This document shows positions 18,817 through 28,705 of a stretch of 64,000 bases of DNA, piece by piece. Location of the stretch: assembly GCA_965223265.1 (NCBI GenBank), contig OZ244999.1:96001-160000 (forward strand), given 5' to 3'. The notes beneath the pieces are model-generated. The model was not told where the DNA came from and searched no databases. It saw nothing but the letters and a program-made list of their open reading frames with translations. Each line of letters opens with the position of its first letter. Positions within the stretch are counted from its first letter, which is position 1. Both the position numbers and the translations under genes were made by a program. The DNA comes from Planctomycetota bacterium. Lineage in GTDB: Bacteria > Planctomycetota > UBA8108 > SXIK01.

Positions 18817-20847
18817 TCAATCGACGAATAGAAACTCGTTGCTGCCGAGCAGGACGTGGGCGTAACGTGCTAAACGGTCTTGTGTCGGCGTCTCGGGGTC
18901 GCGTGACGAGGTCAGAAATGTGGCGGCTAAGTCATGTTCCTCGGCCGCAGGTGTACGACCGAACAACAATTGATACGCTCTCTCAATCTGTGCTCGTTCA
19001 TCTCCAGGAAACTCGCGGCGCAATCGAGCCGCCAAAGCGGCGGCTTGATCGCGGATAAAGCCGCTGTTGAAAACGAGAAGCTGCTGCAGCGGTGTGGTGG
19101 TGACACTTCGGGCTGGGCTGTGCGCTGTCGGGTCCGGAAAGTCGAACACTTTGAGCATTGGCGCGAGGTCGCGCCGCGCAATTCTTCCGTAGATCGTGCG
19201 GCGTTGGTTGTCCGCTGCAGCCAGTTCGAGCGGTGGACCTCCCTGGCGCTCGTCCAAGCTGCCCGACACCGCGAGCACGGCATCGCGCCACGACTCCACG
19301 TCGAGCCTCTTGGGGTTCATGCGCCAGAGCCAGCGGTTTTGCGGATCGCTGTCGCTTTCGCGCGCGCGGGAGCGGCTCATCTGCTGGTATGCCGCGGAAA
19401 GCATCAGTTCGCGGAAGAGCCGTTTGATCGACCACCCATCTGTGACAAATCGCACCGCCAAGTCATCGAGAAGTTCAGGGTGCGACGGCGGCGCACCCTG
19501 GCGTCCGAAGTCACCTGGTGTCGTGACGAGTCCACGCCCAAAAAGGTGTCGCCAAACGCGGTTGACGATGACGCGGCTGGCGAGCGGTGCACCCTCATTG
19601 GCGATCGCTTCCGCGAGTTCAAGCCGGCCGCTACCGCGTTGAAACGGCCTCGGTGTCGACGTTAAGAGCACAGACAAGAACCGCCGCGGTATGACGTCGC
19701 CGGTCGTGGTGGCGGGATTGCCACGCAGCTGCAGCGGCAAGTCGCGCGGGGCGTCCTTGTAGATCAACTTCGTCGCGTCGGCGCCGTCCGGAAGAACGTG
19801 AAGGGACGCATCTTCTACTGCATGGACGGTCGGTGCATGGTAGTGCGGTGTCGATGATTGTAGTTCTTTGATCTCGGTGCGAAGTTGATCGATCCGTTTG
19901 GCTGCGTCGTTCGCGTCGCCGGCCTCGAGTTCGGCGATCTCTTTCTCGAGCGTTTGTACGCGTATGACCGCTTGCTGGACGCGATCGGCATCTGCCTTCG
20001 CCAAGAGTTTGCGATCGACGAGTCGCGTACTCGCGAAGACACCGGCGAGCGCATAGTAGTCGTGCATCGAGACCGGGTCGAACTTGTGATCGTGACAGCG
20101 CGCGCACGCCACCGTCAGGCCGAGAAAGGTCCGCGAGACCGTATCGATACGCTCTTCCCACTCTTCGGCAACGACGGTCTTGATGACGTCGGGCGACAGA
20201 CGGAGCTCTTTCCAGTAACGTGGGCTCAGGCCCAGAAACCCGAGCGCCGCAAGATCGGCGTGGTCAGTCTCGTCCATCTTGTCGGTTGCCAGCTGCCGCT
20301 TGATGAAGCTGTCGTAGCTGACGTCGCTGTTGATCGCTTGCACGACCCAGTCGCGGTAGTGATACGCTTGCGCGATGCTTTTGAGCCATTCGGCCGTCGT
20401 GTCGGAGTAGCGAGCCAGATCAAGCCACACGCGTCCCCAGCGCTCGCCGAACTGCGGTGATGCGAGGAGTCGATCAACTTGGTATTCGAACGCTTCGGGG
20501 TGATCATCGCCAAGGAATTTTGCCAACTCCTCCGGCGCCGGAGGGAGGCCGGTCAGGTCGAAACTGGCACGTCGAAGAAGCTGTCTGCGATCGGCTTTCG
20601 GGGAAGGTGTGAGTCCGCGGCGTTCAAGCGCCGCGAGCACAAACGCATCGACGTGGCTCTGGCACCATGCCTCGTCCTTGACAGTCGGTCGAGCTTGGCG
20701 GCGTGGCGCCGCGAACGACCACCAAACGTCGTCCCTGTTCTCGGAGTCGCCTGTGTCGCGTCCGGCTTCCACCGCAGGGACTTCCGTGTCGGCAGAAGTC
20801 GCGGCCGGTGAAGCGAACAAACTGATAGCGACGACCAGTTGGATCAA
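18817..20847 (-). CDS. DUF1549/DUF1553 (PSD1) domain protein
   Basis: WSF..P, LLRRASFDLTGLPP, FGERWGRVWLDLARY, CARCHDHKFDP, VNRVW, PSHPELLDDLA. Confidence 0.9.
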   Translation of the reverse strand: MIQLVVAISLFASPAATSADTEVPAVEAGRDTGDSENRDDVWWSFAAPRRQARPTVKDEAWCQSHVDAFVLAALERRGLTPSPKADRRQLLRRASFDLTGLPPAPEELAKFLGDDHPEAFEYQVDRLLASPQFGERWGRVWLDLARYSDTTAEWLKSIAQAYHYRDWVVQAINSDVSYDSFIKRQLATDKMDETDHADLAALGFLGLSPRYWKELRLSPDVIKTVVAEEWEERIDTVSRTFLGLTVACARCHDHKFDPVSMHDYYALAGVFASTRLVDRKLLAKADADRVQQAVIRVQTLEKEIAELEAGDANDAAKRIDQLRTEIKELQSSTPHYHAPTVHAVEDASLHVLPDGADATKLIYKDAPRDLPLQLRGNPATTTGDVIPRRFLSVLLTSTPRPFQRGSGRLELAEAIANEGAPLASRVIVNRVWRHLFGRGLVTTPGDFGRQGAPPSHPELLDDLAVRFVTDGWSIKRLFRELMLSAAYQQMSRSRARESDSDPQNRWLWRMNPKRLDVESWRDAVLAVSGSLDERQGGPPLELAAADNQRRTIYGRIARRDLAPMLKVFDFPDPTAHSPARSVTTTPLQQLLVFNSGFIRDQAAALAARLRREFPGDERAQIERAYQLLFGRTPAAEEHDLAATFLTSSRDPETPTQDRLARYAHVLLGSNEFLFVD

Positions 20848-20921
20848 TGAATTGACTTCCGATGCAATCAGGCGACACGAGCGCCGCGTTGTCGTCGTCT
20901 TTGAGTGCCGACAACCGGCTG

Positions 20922-22364
20922 TTAGAGCAAGATGTCCTCGACGACATGCCCCGAGATGTCTGTGAGGCGAAAATCACGTCCCGCATAGCGGTACGTAAGT
21001 CGTTCGTGATCGAGACCGAGCAGGTGAAGGATCGTCGCGTGGAGATCGTGCATATGAACTTGGCCGTCGACGGCAACGTGCCCGATCTCGTCAGTTTGCC
21101 CGAATGCGATCCCTGGTTTGACGCCGCCGCCTGCCAGCCAGACGGTGAAGCCGCGAGGATTGTGATCGCGTCCCATGCGGCCCTGGGCAAACGGCGTCCT
21201 GCCGAACTCGCCTCCCCACCACACGAGCGTGTCGTCGAGAAGGCCGCGCTGTTTGAGGTCGGCGAGAAGACCCGCCACTGGCTTATCCGTAGCGCGGGCG
21301 TGATCGGCATGCTTCGGCATGTTGGAGTGCTGATCCCACCTGGGAGTCGTCGACTCGTCTGAGTAGTTGACTTGGATGTAACGAACGCCGCTTTCGGCGA
21401 GGCGCCGCGCGAGGAGGCATTGGCGGCCGTAGTCATCCGTCGGCCCCTCACCGATGCCGTACATTGCGAGCGTGCGCGGACTTTCTTGGGAAAGGTCCAT
21501 CGACATCGGTGCTTCCATCTGCATCCGATGGGCTAACTCGAAGGCTTCGATCGCCGCTTCGAGACGATCGTCAGTGCCGGCCCGTTCGACCTGAGAGCGG
21601 TTGAGTTTCTGGAGAAACTCGAACTGCCGACGCGCCTGCGCCGGTGTCTGCCGCGACGTCAGGTGGCGAATCGTCGCCTCGCGTGCCGGCTGCCCCGCTC
21701 GGCCGACGGAGGTGCCTTGGAAGACCGCCGGAAGGAAAGCGTTTGAGTAGTTTCTTGGCCCCCCTTTGCTCGCCGAGGGACAGATCGTCACGAAACCGGG
21801 CAAGTCGTTGTTCTCTGTGCCGAGACCGTACGTGATCCAGCTGCCCATCGAGGGGCGGACCAAGTTGGTTGCGCCGGTATGAAGGAAAAGCGTCGACGGT
21901 CCGTGGGCCACACCTTCGGTGTGCATGCCGTGCAGAAAGCAGAGATCGTCGACGTGCGCCGCGATGTGCGGGAAAAGCTCCGAAACGGGTTGGCCGCAGG
22001 CACCGTAGCGTTCGAACGCCCACAGGGGCCTCATGAGGCGGCGTTTGCTTTCCTTGCCGAACGTGCCGAAACGAACACCAACGAAGTCGATGTCGCGTCC
22101 GTCGTTCTTCTGCAGATCTGGCTTGTAGTCGAACGTGTCGACCTGGCTCGGGCCGCCCTGCATGAAGAGAAAGATCACCCGCTTTGCGCGCGCGACAAAA
22201 TGCGGCGCGCGTGAGGCCAGCGGGCCATCACTGGCGGCCACATGATCTTTCGCGTGGCTCTCTTCTGCGCACAGGCCGGCAAGGGCGATCGAGCCGAAAC
22301 CGCAGGCAGCGCGGCGAAGCGACTCGCGTCGTGTCACCACTCCGGGTATCTCTCGCTTTTCCAT
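20922..22364 (-). CDS. DUF1501 domain protein (Tat-type signal)
   Basis: TRRESLR. AKRVIFLFMQGGPSQVDTFDYKP, WGGEFGRTP, GRDHNP. Confidence 0.9.
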   Translation of the reverse strand: MEKREIPGVVTRRESLRRAACGFGSIALAGLCAEESHAKDHVAASDGPLASRAPHFVARAKRVIFLFMQGGPSQVDTFDYKPDLQKNDGRDIDFVGVRFGTFGKESKRRLMRPLWAFERYGACGQPVSELFPHIAAHVDDLCFLHGMHTEGVAHGPSTLFLHTGATNLVRPSMGSWITYGLGTENNDLPGFVTICPSASKGGPRNYSNAFLPAVFQGTSVGRAGQPAREATIRHLTSRQTPAQARRQFEFLQKLNRSQVERAGTDDRLEAAIEAFELAHRMQMEAPMSMDLSQESPRTLAMYGIGEGPTDDYGRQCLLARRLAESGVRYIQVNYSDESTTPRWDQHSNMPKHADHARATDKPVAGLLADLKQRGLLDDTLVWWGGEFGRTPFAQGRMGRDHNPRGFTVWLAGGGVKPGIAFGQTDEIGHVAVDGQVHMHDLHATILHLLGLDHERLTYRYAGRDFRLTDISGHVVEDILL

Positions 22365-22475
22365 CCTTCGCTTGTCCTATGCACTGCTGATCGCACCCGT
22401 TCGCCACCCGCACGCAATCGAGGCGCCGAGATGTTCCACACGAACGCTGAACCGATTTTAGAGCGCCTTACGGGG

Positions 22476-24635
22476 TCAGTTCAAGTGACGAAAGTCGACA
22501 CTGGCGAACAGGGCCTGGTAGAGACCCGCCCACGCTGCGATGTCATCGTCCTGGCCGCGTAGCTCGGCCACATGGCGCAGCGACATTTCGTGCTCCTTCG
22601 GCGTCGGCTCGCGGCCTAGGGCATACAAGTACGCACGATGGATGCGTTCTGCGTCGTTTAGATCGACACCGCTGCGCTCGGTCTCCCTCAAAAGCTTCTG
22701 CGCGGCAGCGCGTGCCTCTTCGATCACGAAGGGGCTATTCATCAAAAAGAGAGCTTGGGTCGCCAGCGTGCTCTTCGGTCGCTGCCCCATGACGATGTTC
22801 GGGTTCGCCGCGTCGAAGACCTCGAAGAGGTCGAGTGTGGCATTGCGAAACGCCGGCACGTAGACGCTGCGCCGCTCCGTGTCAAACTCGTAACCGAGGT
22901 CGTATTGACTGAATTTGCGGATCGTGAGGCCCCCGACGGAATGGTCGAGGCGACCGCTCACCGCGAGCATCGCGTCGCGCAGGCTCTCCGCGTCGAGCGG
23001 TTTGCGATGGGCGTGCGAGAGCCACCGATTCTCCGGATCTTTGCTACTCGCCGGTTGTCGTGGTGACGTGCTCAAGCGGTAGGTTCTCGACAGGACGATG
23101 TGTCGCACGAGGCGTTTGATAGAACCCTCGTCGTCCTCCAGGAAGCGCAGCGCGAGGTAGTCGAGGAGCTCTGGGTGCGACGGTGACTCGCCCGAGGAAC
23201 CAAAGTCATCGGTCGTGCGAACGAGCCCGGTACCGTGGAGATGATGCCAGATGCGGTTGACGATGACGCGCGCGGTTAACGGGTTCCTCAGACTTGAAAG
23301 CCAGCGCGCAAGCTCCAGGCGGCCGCTCTGATCCGACGCGATCTTCGGGGTCGCTTTGAGCGCGTCGCTCGAGAGTGCTGTGAGAAAACCACGCCGGACG
23401 CGTGGCCCAAGTCGGCGTACCGCACCCGCCAGATGCACGTGCCCGTCCTGCGGTGCGTCGACGTCTTCGACCGACATCGTGCGGGGCGCGGGGACCGGCG
23501 CGTCTTTCGCGAGTTGTTTGAGCTCAGACTTCAGCCGCGCGGCGCGGGCTTCCAATTCAGCCGTCGCCGCATTCGATGTGTCGCCCGTCTTGAGCATCTT
23601 TTCGACAGGCTTGAGCTCTTGCTCGATCTGTGCGACGGCTCTGGAGTGGTCGTCGAGCGCACGGCGGTGCTCTGCCGTCACAGCGAGTTCGCGCTCGACA
23701 TAGCCAGATACGTTGCCAGGCGTCAGCGTCCTGGTGCTACCGAAGATGCCCGCCAGCGCGTAGTAGTCCGTCGTCGGGATGGGGTCGAACTTGTGGTCGT
23801 GACAGCGCGCGCAGCCGATCGACAGACCGAGAAACGTCCTTCCCATCGTATCGATCTGTTCGTCGATCACCTCCATGCGCAGGAGCTCCTTGTCCTGGAG
23901 CTCATAGTTCGTCGGCCCGAGAACTAGATAGCCAGTAGCGACAAGATTCTCGTCACGATCAACTGCGTCGTGTGCTGGGATGAGGTCGCCTGCGATCTGT
24001 TCAAGGATGAATTCCGAGTAAGGTTTGTCGTTGTTGAAAGCATTGATGACGTAGTCTCGGTAGCGCCATGCGTTCTTGAACATGAGGCTACGCCCGCCGC
24101 CGCTTGACTCCGCGAAGCGGGCGACGTCGAGCCAGTGGCGGCCCCAGCGCTCACCGAAGCGGGGCGACGCGAGGAGCCCATCGACCTTCTTTTGTAACGC
24201 TCGTGGCGAAGGGTCGGCAACAAAGGAAGCGATGACCTCTGGAGACGGAGGCAGTCCGAGCAGGTCGAAGTAGAGGCGGCGAATGAGCGTGCTGCGGTCC
24301 ACATCCTCGGCCGGCGCTAGTCCCTCTGATTCGAGACGCGCCAAAATGAAACGATCGACGTCGGTGTCAGGCCAGGCGTCGTTTTCAACCGTCGGCACAC
24401 TCGGGCGCCGCGGCTTAACGAAGGACCAGAAGCGGCCGGCCGCCCTTGCTTCCTGGACGCGCGAATCCAGGTCCGCGGCGCGCTCATTCACTGGGCCACC
24501 TGAGCCGCCAGTCGCGTCGGGAGGCGTCGGTTCGGCGGCAATCCCGCCGACGCAGGCAGCTATGAGGCCTGCGGACAGCACCGGCCAGCTGTGCCCGAGA
24601 CGAAGCAGTGACGTTAGAATCGACGTTAGAATCAA
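22476..24635 (-). CDS. DUF1549/DUF1553 (PSD1) domain protein
   Basis: FWSFVKP, FGERWGRHWLDVARF, CARCHDHKFDP, NPLTARVIVNRIW, PSHPELLDYLA. Start codon uncertain. Confidence 0.9.
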   Translation of the reverse strand: MILTSILTSLLRLGHSWPVLSAGLIAACVGGIAAEPTPPDATGGSGGPVNERAADLDSRVQEARAAGRFWSFVKPRRPSVPTVENDAWPDTDVDRFILARLESEGLAPAEDVDRSTLIRRLYFDLLGLPPSPEVIASFVADPSPRALQKKVDGLLASPRFGERWGRHWLDVARFAESSGGGRSLMFKNAWRYRDYVINAFNNDKPYSEFILEQIAGDLIPAHDAVDRDENLVATGYLVLGPTNYELQDKELLRMEVIDEQIDTMGRTFLGLSIGCARCHDHKFDPIPTTDYYALAGIFGSTRTLTPGNVSGYVERELAVTAEHRRALDDHSRAVAQIEQELKPVEKMLKTGDTSNAATAELEARAARLKSELKQLAKDAPVPAPRTMSVEDVDAPQDGHVHLAGAVRRLGPRVRRGFLTALSSDALKATPKIASDQSGRLELARWLSSLRNPLTARVIVNRIWHHLHGTGLVRTTDDFGSSGESPSHPELLDYLALRFLEDDEGSIKRLVRHIVLSRTYRLSTSPRQPASSKDPENRWLSHAHRKPLDAESLRDAMLAVSGRLDHSVGGLTIRKFSQYDLGYEFDTERRSVYVPAFRNATLDLFEVFDAANPNIVMGQRPKSTLATQALFLMNSPFVIEEARAAAQKLLRETERSGVDLNDAERIHRAYLYALGREPTPKEHEMSLRHVAELRGQDDDIAAWAGLYQALFASVDFRHLN

Positions 24636-24829
24636 ATTGAACCCCCCAAACGCCGACCATCGAGAGATGGCAGTAAGGATCCGCTCGATCCATTAGACAA
24701 CGGTTCGATGAGAGGGACAACACCGATCTGTCTGACTCCGAGCGTGGACGGAACCGAGCGGTCAAGGGCAAGGTCGTGGGCGACGACAGCGCTTTTCGTG
24801 ATCTCTTAGGCGATGTATTCTCAGTCAAC

Positions 24830-26617
24830 ATGATGCAAGACCCATCGCCCACCATCGCCATCCGTAGCTTTCAGGTGATCGGAGAAGACGCCGAAGACGA
24901 CGCCTACTTCGCTCTCTCTTTTGGGGAAGATCTGGTCACTGAGCTGTCGCGATTTGCGAACCTTCGGGTTGTCGCGGGGCCGTGGACGCCCGAGAGTCGC
25001 GACTCCACGGCGCACCCGCCCGACTTCGTCTTGCGCGGTAGCATTCGGCGCGATGCCGACACGCTGCGGGTCAGCGCACAGTTCATCGAGAGTTCGACCT
25101 CTCATCATCTTTGGGCGGATCGCTTCGACGTGCCGGTCGATCACACGCTCGAGGTCCAGGATGGTATCGTCCAAGCGATTTCCACAGCACTGGCGCTCCG
25201 AGTGGACGAGTCGCGCCTGAAGCGAACGCACGGCGTTCCGGAATCGAGCCTCGATGCTTACGACCTGTGGCTACGGGGAAGGGAGTATTTACTCAGGGGG
25301 ACGGTCGAAGACGATCTCGCTGCGCGAGAGTTTTTCAACAAAGCGCTGAAGATCGATCCAAGCTATGCTCGCGCTCACGCCGGTCTCTCTTTGTCGTACT
25401 ACAACGACTGGAGTTGCCAGAACTGGCATCTTTGGGAAGAGAGCGAGAGCGAGGCTTTCAAAGCGGCGAGGCGCGCCGTTGAGCTTGAACGCCGCGATCC
25501 ACTGGTTCACTGCGTTCTCGGCCGCATCCATCTCTATCGCAGAGAGTGGGACCTGGCACGGTCCCACTACGATCACGCTCTTTCTCTCAACTCGGTCGAT
25601 CCGGAGGCGATCATTCACGTGGCGTTGGGGATGGCGTATCTGGGCGAGTGTGACACAGCTCTTTCCCTTACCGATCGAGCCATAGATCTTTACCCGGCTC
25701 ACCATCGCTGGTATTACGGCTGCAAAGCGATCCCGCTCTTTGCGATGGGAGATGATCAAGCGGCCGTTCAGCTGGTTCGGCAAGCGAATCAGGCGTTCGT
25801 CGATTTGCCAGCGTTCGAGAGTGCAGCGCTTTCCTATCTTGGTGAGACCGACGCAGCAAGGCATTCCGCCGACGTCTTTTTGAGTGCTTATCGCACGAAA
25901 ATTCGATTCGGCGGGGAGTTTTCACCGGACGAACCCGTTCGCTGGCTTGCCCAAGTGAATCCGTTTCGAGACGAGCGACACGCAGAGCGTCTGTTCGAGG
26001 GTTTACGGCGCGCCGGTCTGGGGAGTCTACCGCCAGGGCATCGGCCATCCCGGAGCGACGCCGAGATCAGGCCCGCAGATCTTGGCGCCGACAACAATGC
26101 CTTTCAGCGACAAGGCGAACTTTGGTGCGTCGCATTTGCGGGCAAGGCCGCGCATCTGGTTGGTGTCAAAGGGTTCGAGGATATCTCGCGACTTCTTGCG
26201 CGTCCGGAGCAACCGATCCACAGCGCCGAGCTCATGGGAGTGACCTCGTCGCTTTCGGACGCCGACGGCGCACTCGATGCGGACGCTCGGCGGGCCCTTG
26301 ATCGTAGAATCCGCGAGCTTCGCGACGAGGTCGCCGCAGCCGAGCGGGCGAACGATCCAGGGCGCGCGGAAACGGCGTCGGGCGAGATCTCTCAGATCGC
26401 TGCCGAGCTTTCTCGGTCACTTGGGTTGGGAGGGCGTTCGCGTAAGCTTGGCGACCCCGCCGAGAGGGCACGATCGGCCGTCACTTGGCGGATTCGCAGT
26501 GCCATCAAGAAGTTGCGCGCCGCGCATCCAGAGCTCGGCCAGCATTTGGCAAAGAACATACGTACTGGTACCTTCTGCGTTTACGAGCCTCGGGAGGCGA
26601 TCGACTGGGAGTTGTGA
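24830..26617 (+). CDS. TolB-like/TPR protein with C-terminal putative DNA-binding domain (probable transcriptional regulator)
   Basis: YFALSFGEDLVTELSRF..LRV, HLWADRFD, AYDLWLRG, TPR repeats. C-terminal ERARSAVTWRIRSAI...IRTGTFCVYEP. Confidence 0.75.
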   Translation: MMQDPSPTIAIRSFQVIGEDAEDDAYFALSFGEDLVTELSRFANLRVVAGPWTPESRDSTAHPPDFVLRGSIRRDADTLRVSAQFIESSTSHHLWADRFDVPVDHTLEVQDGIVQAISTALALRVDESRLKRTHGVPESSLDAYDLWLRGREYLLRGTVEDDLAAREFFNKALKIDPSYARAHAGLSLSYYNDWSCQNWHLWEESESEAFKAARRAVELERRDPLVHCVLGRIHLYRREWDLARSHYDHALSLNSVDPEAIIHVALGMAYLGECDTALSLTDRAIDLYPAHHRWYYGCKAIPLFAMGDDQAAVQLVRQANQAFVDLPAFESAALSYLGETDAARHSADVFLSAYRTKIRFGGEFSPDEPVRWLAQVNPFRDERHAERLFEGLRRAGLGSLPPGHRPSRSDAEIRPADLGADNNAFQRQGELWCVAFAGKAAHLVGVKGFEDISRLLARPEQPIHSAELMGVTSSLSDADGALDADARRALDRRIRELRDEVAAAERANDPGRAETASGEISQIAAELSRSLGLGGRSRKLGDPAERARSAVTWRIRSAIKKLRAAHPELGQHLAKNIRTGTFCVYEPREAIDWEL

Positions 26618-26701
26618 GGTGCGGCCTTACACGGTGAGACGCGAACTCACGCCTTGCGGGTAGGAGTCCCAAAAGACAATTGCCCTGAAAGGAGATCCTA
26701 A

Positions 26702-27787
26702 ATGTGTACCGCGTGTCCTCCTCCCGTTGACGGCGATGCTCTGACGGAGCGTCTTTTCCAAAGCAGTGTGCATACGCTGGAGATCTTCAGCGTCTACCTA
26801 GGAAAGAAGCTTGGCCTCTATGAAATCCTCGCCGAGCGAGGTACGTGCACGGCCGCGGAACTTGCGGCTGACGCCGCCATCGACAGCCGCTACGCGCGCG
26901 AGTGGCTTGAGCAGCAGGCCGTGGCAGGATTTCTCACCGCTCAGCCGGCCGAGGGTGAAGATCAGTCCCGGCGTTTCGCGCTCCCCGTCGAGCACGAGGC
27001 GGTGTTTGTTCGGGAGAATGACCCGGCGTACGTGTCACCCTTGGCGCAGCTGCTCGTCGGTGTTGCCGGTGCGTTGCCGGCTGTCGCGGCGGCCTACCGT
27101 GCTGGCACGGGAGTGTCGTTTGCAGCGTACGGCGACGATGCGCGAAACGGCCAGGGAGCGATCAATCGCCCGGTATTCTCCCACGATCTGACGGCACACT
27201 GGATTCCGGCGCTTCCGGAAGTGCACGCACGGCTTCTGGCCGGGAACGCGCGCATCGCCGATGTCGGCTGTGGTCAAGGCTGGTCGACCGTCGCGGTCGC
27301 GAGGGCCTATCCTGCGTGCGACGTGATCGGCATCGACGCGGATCGTGCGTCGATCCAGGAAGCTCGTGCGCTCGCGGAGAGCGAAGGAGCAGGCGCGATC
27401 TTCACGTGTGCCGACGCTTCCCAGGTCGAAGCTGAGGGGCCGTTCGATCTCGTGCTGATCCTCGAGGCGCTGCACGACATGTCGAGGCCAGATCGCGTGC
27501 TCGCAACCTTTCGCGACAGGCTTGCACCGGACGGCGCGGTGCTCATCGCCGACGAACGCGTTGCCGACGCGTTTCAAGCTCCCGGCGACGAGCTCGAGCG
27601 GATGATGTACGGCTGGAGTGTCACGACGTGCTTGCCGACGAGTCGCGAGCAGCCTGACTCTCTCGCCATCGGCACCGCTATCCGCCCCGCCACCGTCAAG
27701 AGACTCGCAGCAAAGGCAGGGTTCGAGCGGTGTGACATCTTGGACATTGAGAACGATCTTTTTCGTTTCTACCGTCTTGGTGCCTGA
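26702..27787 (+). CDS. SAM-dependent methyltransferase with N-terminal wHTH (Rv2258c-like)
   Basis: RYAREWLEQQAVAG, IADVGCGQG, EALHDM. Confidence 0.85.
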   Translation: MCTACPPPVDGDALTERLFQSSVHTLEIFSVYLGKKLGLYEILAERGTCTAAELAADAAIDSRYAREWLEQQAVAGFLTAQPAEGEDQSRRFALPVEHEAVFVRENDPAYVSPLAQLLVGVAGALPAVAAAYRAGTGVSFAAYGDDARNGQGAINRPVFSHDLTAHWIPALPEVHARLLAGNARIADVGCGQGWSTVAVARAYPACDVIGIDADRASIQEARALAESEGAGAIFTCADASQVEAEGPFDLVLILEALHDMSRPDRVLATFRDRLAPDGAVLIADERVADAFQAPGDELERMMYGWSVTTCLPTSREQPDSLAIGTAIRPATVKRLAAKAGFERCDILDIENDLFRFYRLGA

Positions 27788-27852
27788 GGCTCATTTCTCG
27801 CTCGGGAGTAAGGCATGGGAGAGAGCCACGAGTGCATGCGACGTCCGTCGAG

Positions 27853-28671
27853 CTATTTTTCGGCTGCAACGATGTTCGAAACCATGCGTCCCATCGTTTC
27901 ACCGTCCGAGCTCAGCTCGCCGATGCGTTGAGCCATCGCATGGCGAAATGATGCCTGTTTTTCTTGGCTCAATGCGCGGAGTTTTGGCGCGATCGGCGTC
28001 GCGTAGGCGGCGTCGATCGCATGCTTCGCGCCACCTGGAAGAACGAGGTCCTGCTCTTGCTGTTTGACCTCCACGCTCGCGAATCCAGCCGCGTCAAAGT
28101 GTGAGGCGAGCTCCGTCTCGGGCATGAAATCGAAAGGCACGCGCATCGCATCGGCGATCTCTGATACTCCGATGCTGTTCAACGCGCTGCAGACCGCGCC
28201 GAAGAACTCGCACTCTGTCACAGGACGCCAAGTCGAGACGATGACACGGCCGCCCGGGCGAAGGACGCGATGCATCTCCTGCGCCGCGGCGCCTCGATCG
28301 GGAAAGAACTGAAATCCCTGTTGGCACACCACCACGTCGACCGTCGCATCCGCGACGTCAAGGGGGTGAGCAGGCGACTCGACAAAGCTGACGACGGAAT
28401 CGACGTCGGCGCAGCGTCTTTTCGCAATGGCTAGCATCTCCCCGTTGATATCGGCAGCGACAACTTTGCCGTCCGATCCAACCTGGTCTGCAAGCAGCCG
28501 AGCCACGATCCCCGTCCCAGTTGCGAGATCAAGGACCGCTCGTCCTGCCCACGGCTGATGCGCGCTGATGAGCCGCTCTGCCCATGGCTTGAAAAGAACG
28601 GGCACGAGGACATCGTCGTACGCGTTAGCTACCGATGTGTCACCGAATTCGAAGGTCTGCGATTCACTCAT
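27853..28671 (-). CDS. Class I SAM-dependent methyltransferase (UbiE-like)
   Basis: VLDLATGTG, VVCQQGFQFFPDR, RVLRPGG. GGAGGAG RBS before MSESQ. Confidence 0.85.
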   Translation of the reverse strand: MSESQTFEFGDTSVANAYDDVLVPVLFKPWAERLISAHQPWAGRAVLDLATGTGIVARLLADQVGSDGKVVAADINGEMLAIAKRRCADVDSVVSFVESPAHPLDVADATVDVVVCQQGFQFFPDRGAAAQEMHRVLRPGGRVIVSTWRPVTECEFFGAVCSALNSIGVSEIADAMRVPFDFMPETELASHFDAAGFASVEVKQQEQDLVLPGGAKHAIDAAYATPIAPKLRALSQEKQASFRHAMAQRIGELSSDGETMGRMVSNIVAAEK

Positions 28672-28705
28672 GACTCCTCCACGTCGACTTTGGAAACCCC
28701 ACAAC

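Noticed and set aside
17354-21130. DNA similarity between the 3' ends of neighbouring genes (also near 39900-40150) as a possible mobile repeat
   Set aside because: Explained by the conserved C-termini of DUF1501 paralogues.
24610-24633. 12-bp tandem duplication GACGTTAGAATC x2
   Set aside because: Two copies only, in a signal-peptide region; no evidence of function.
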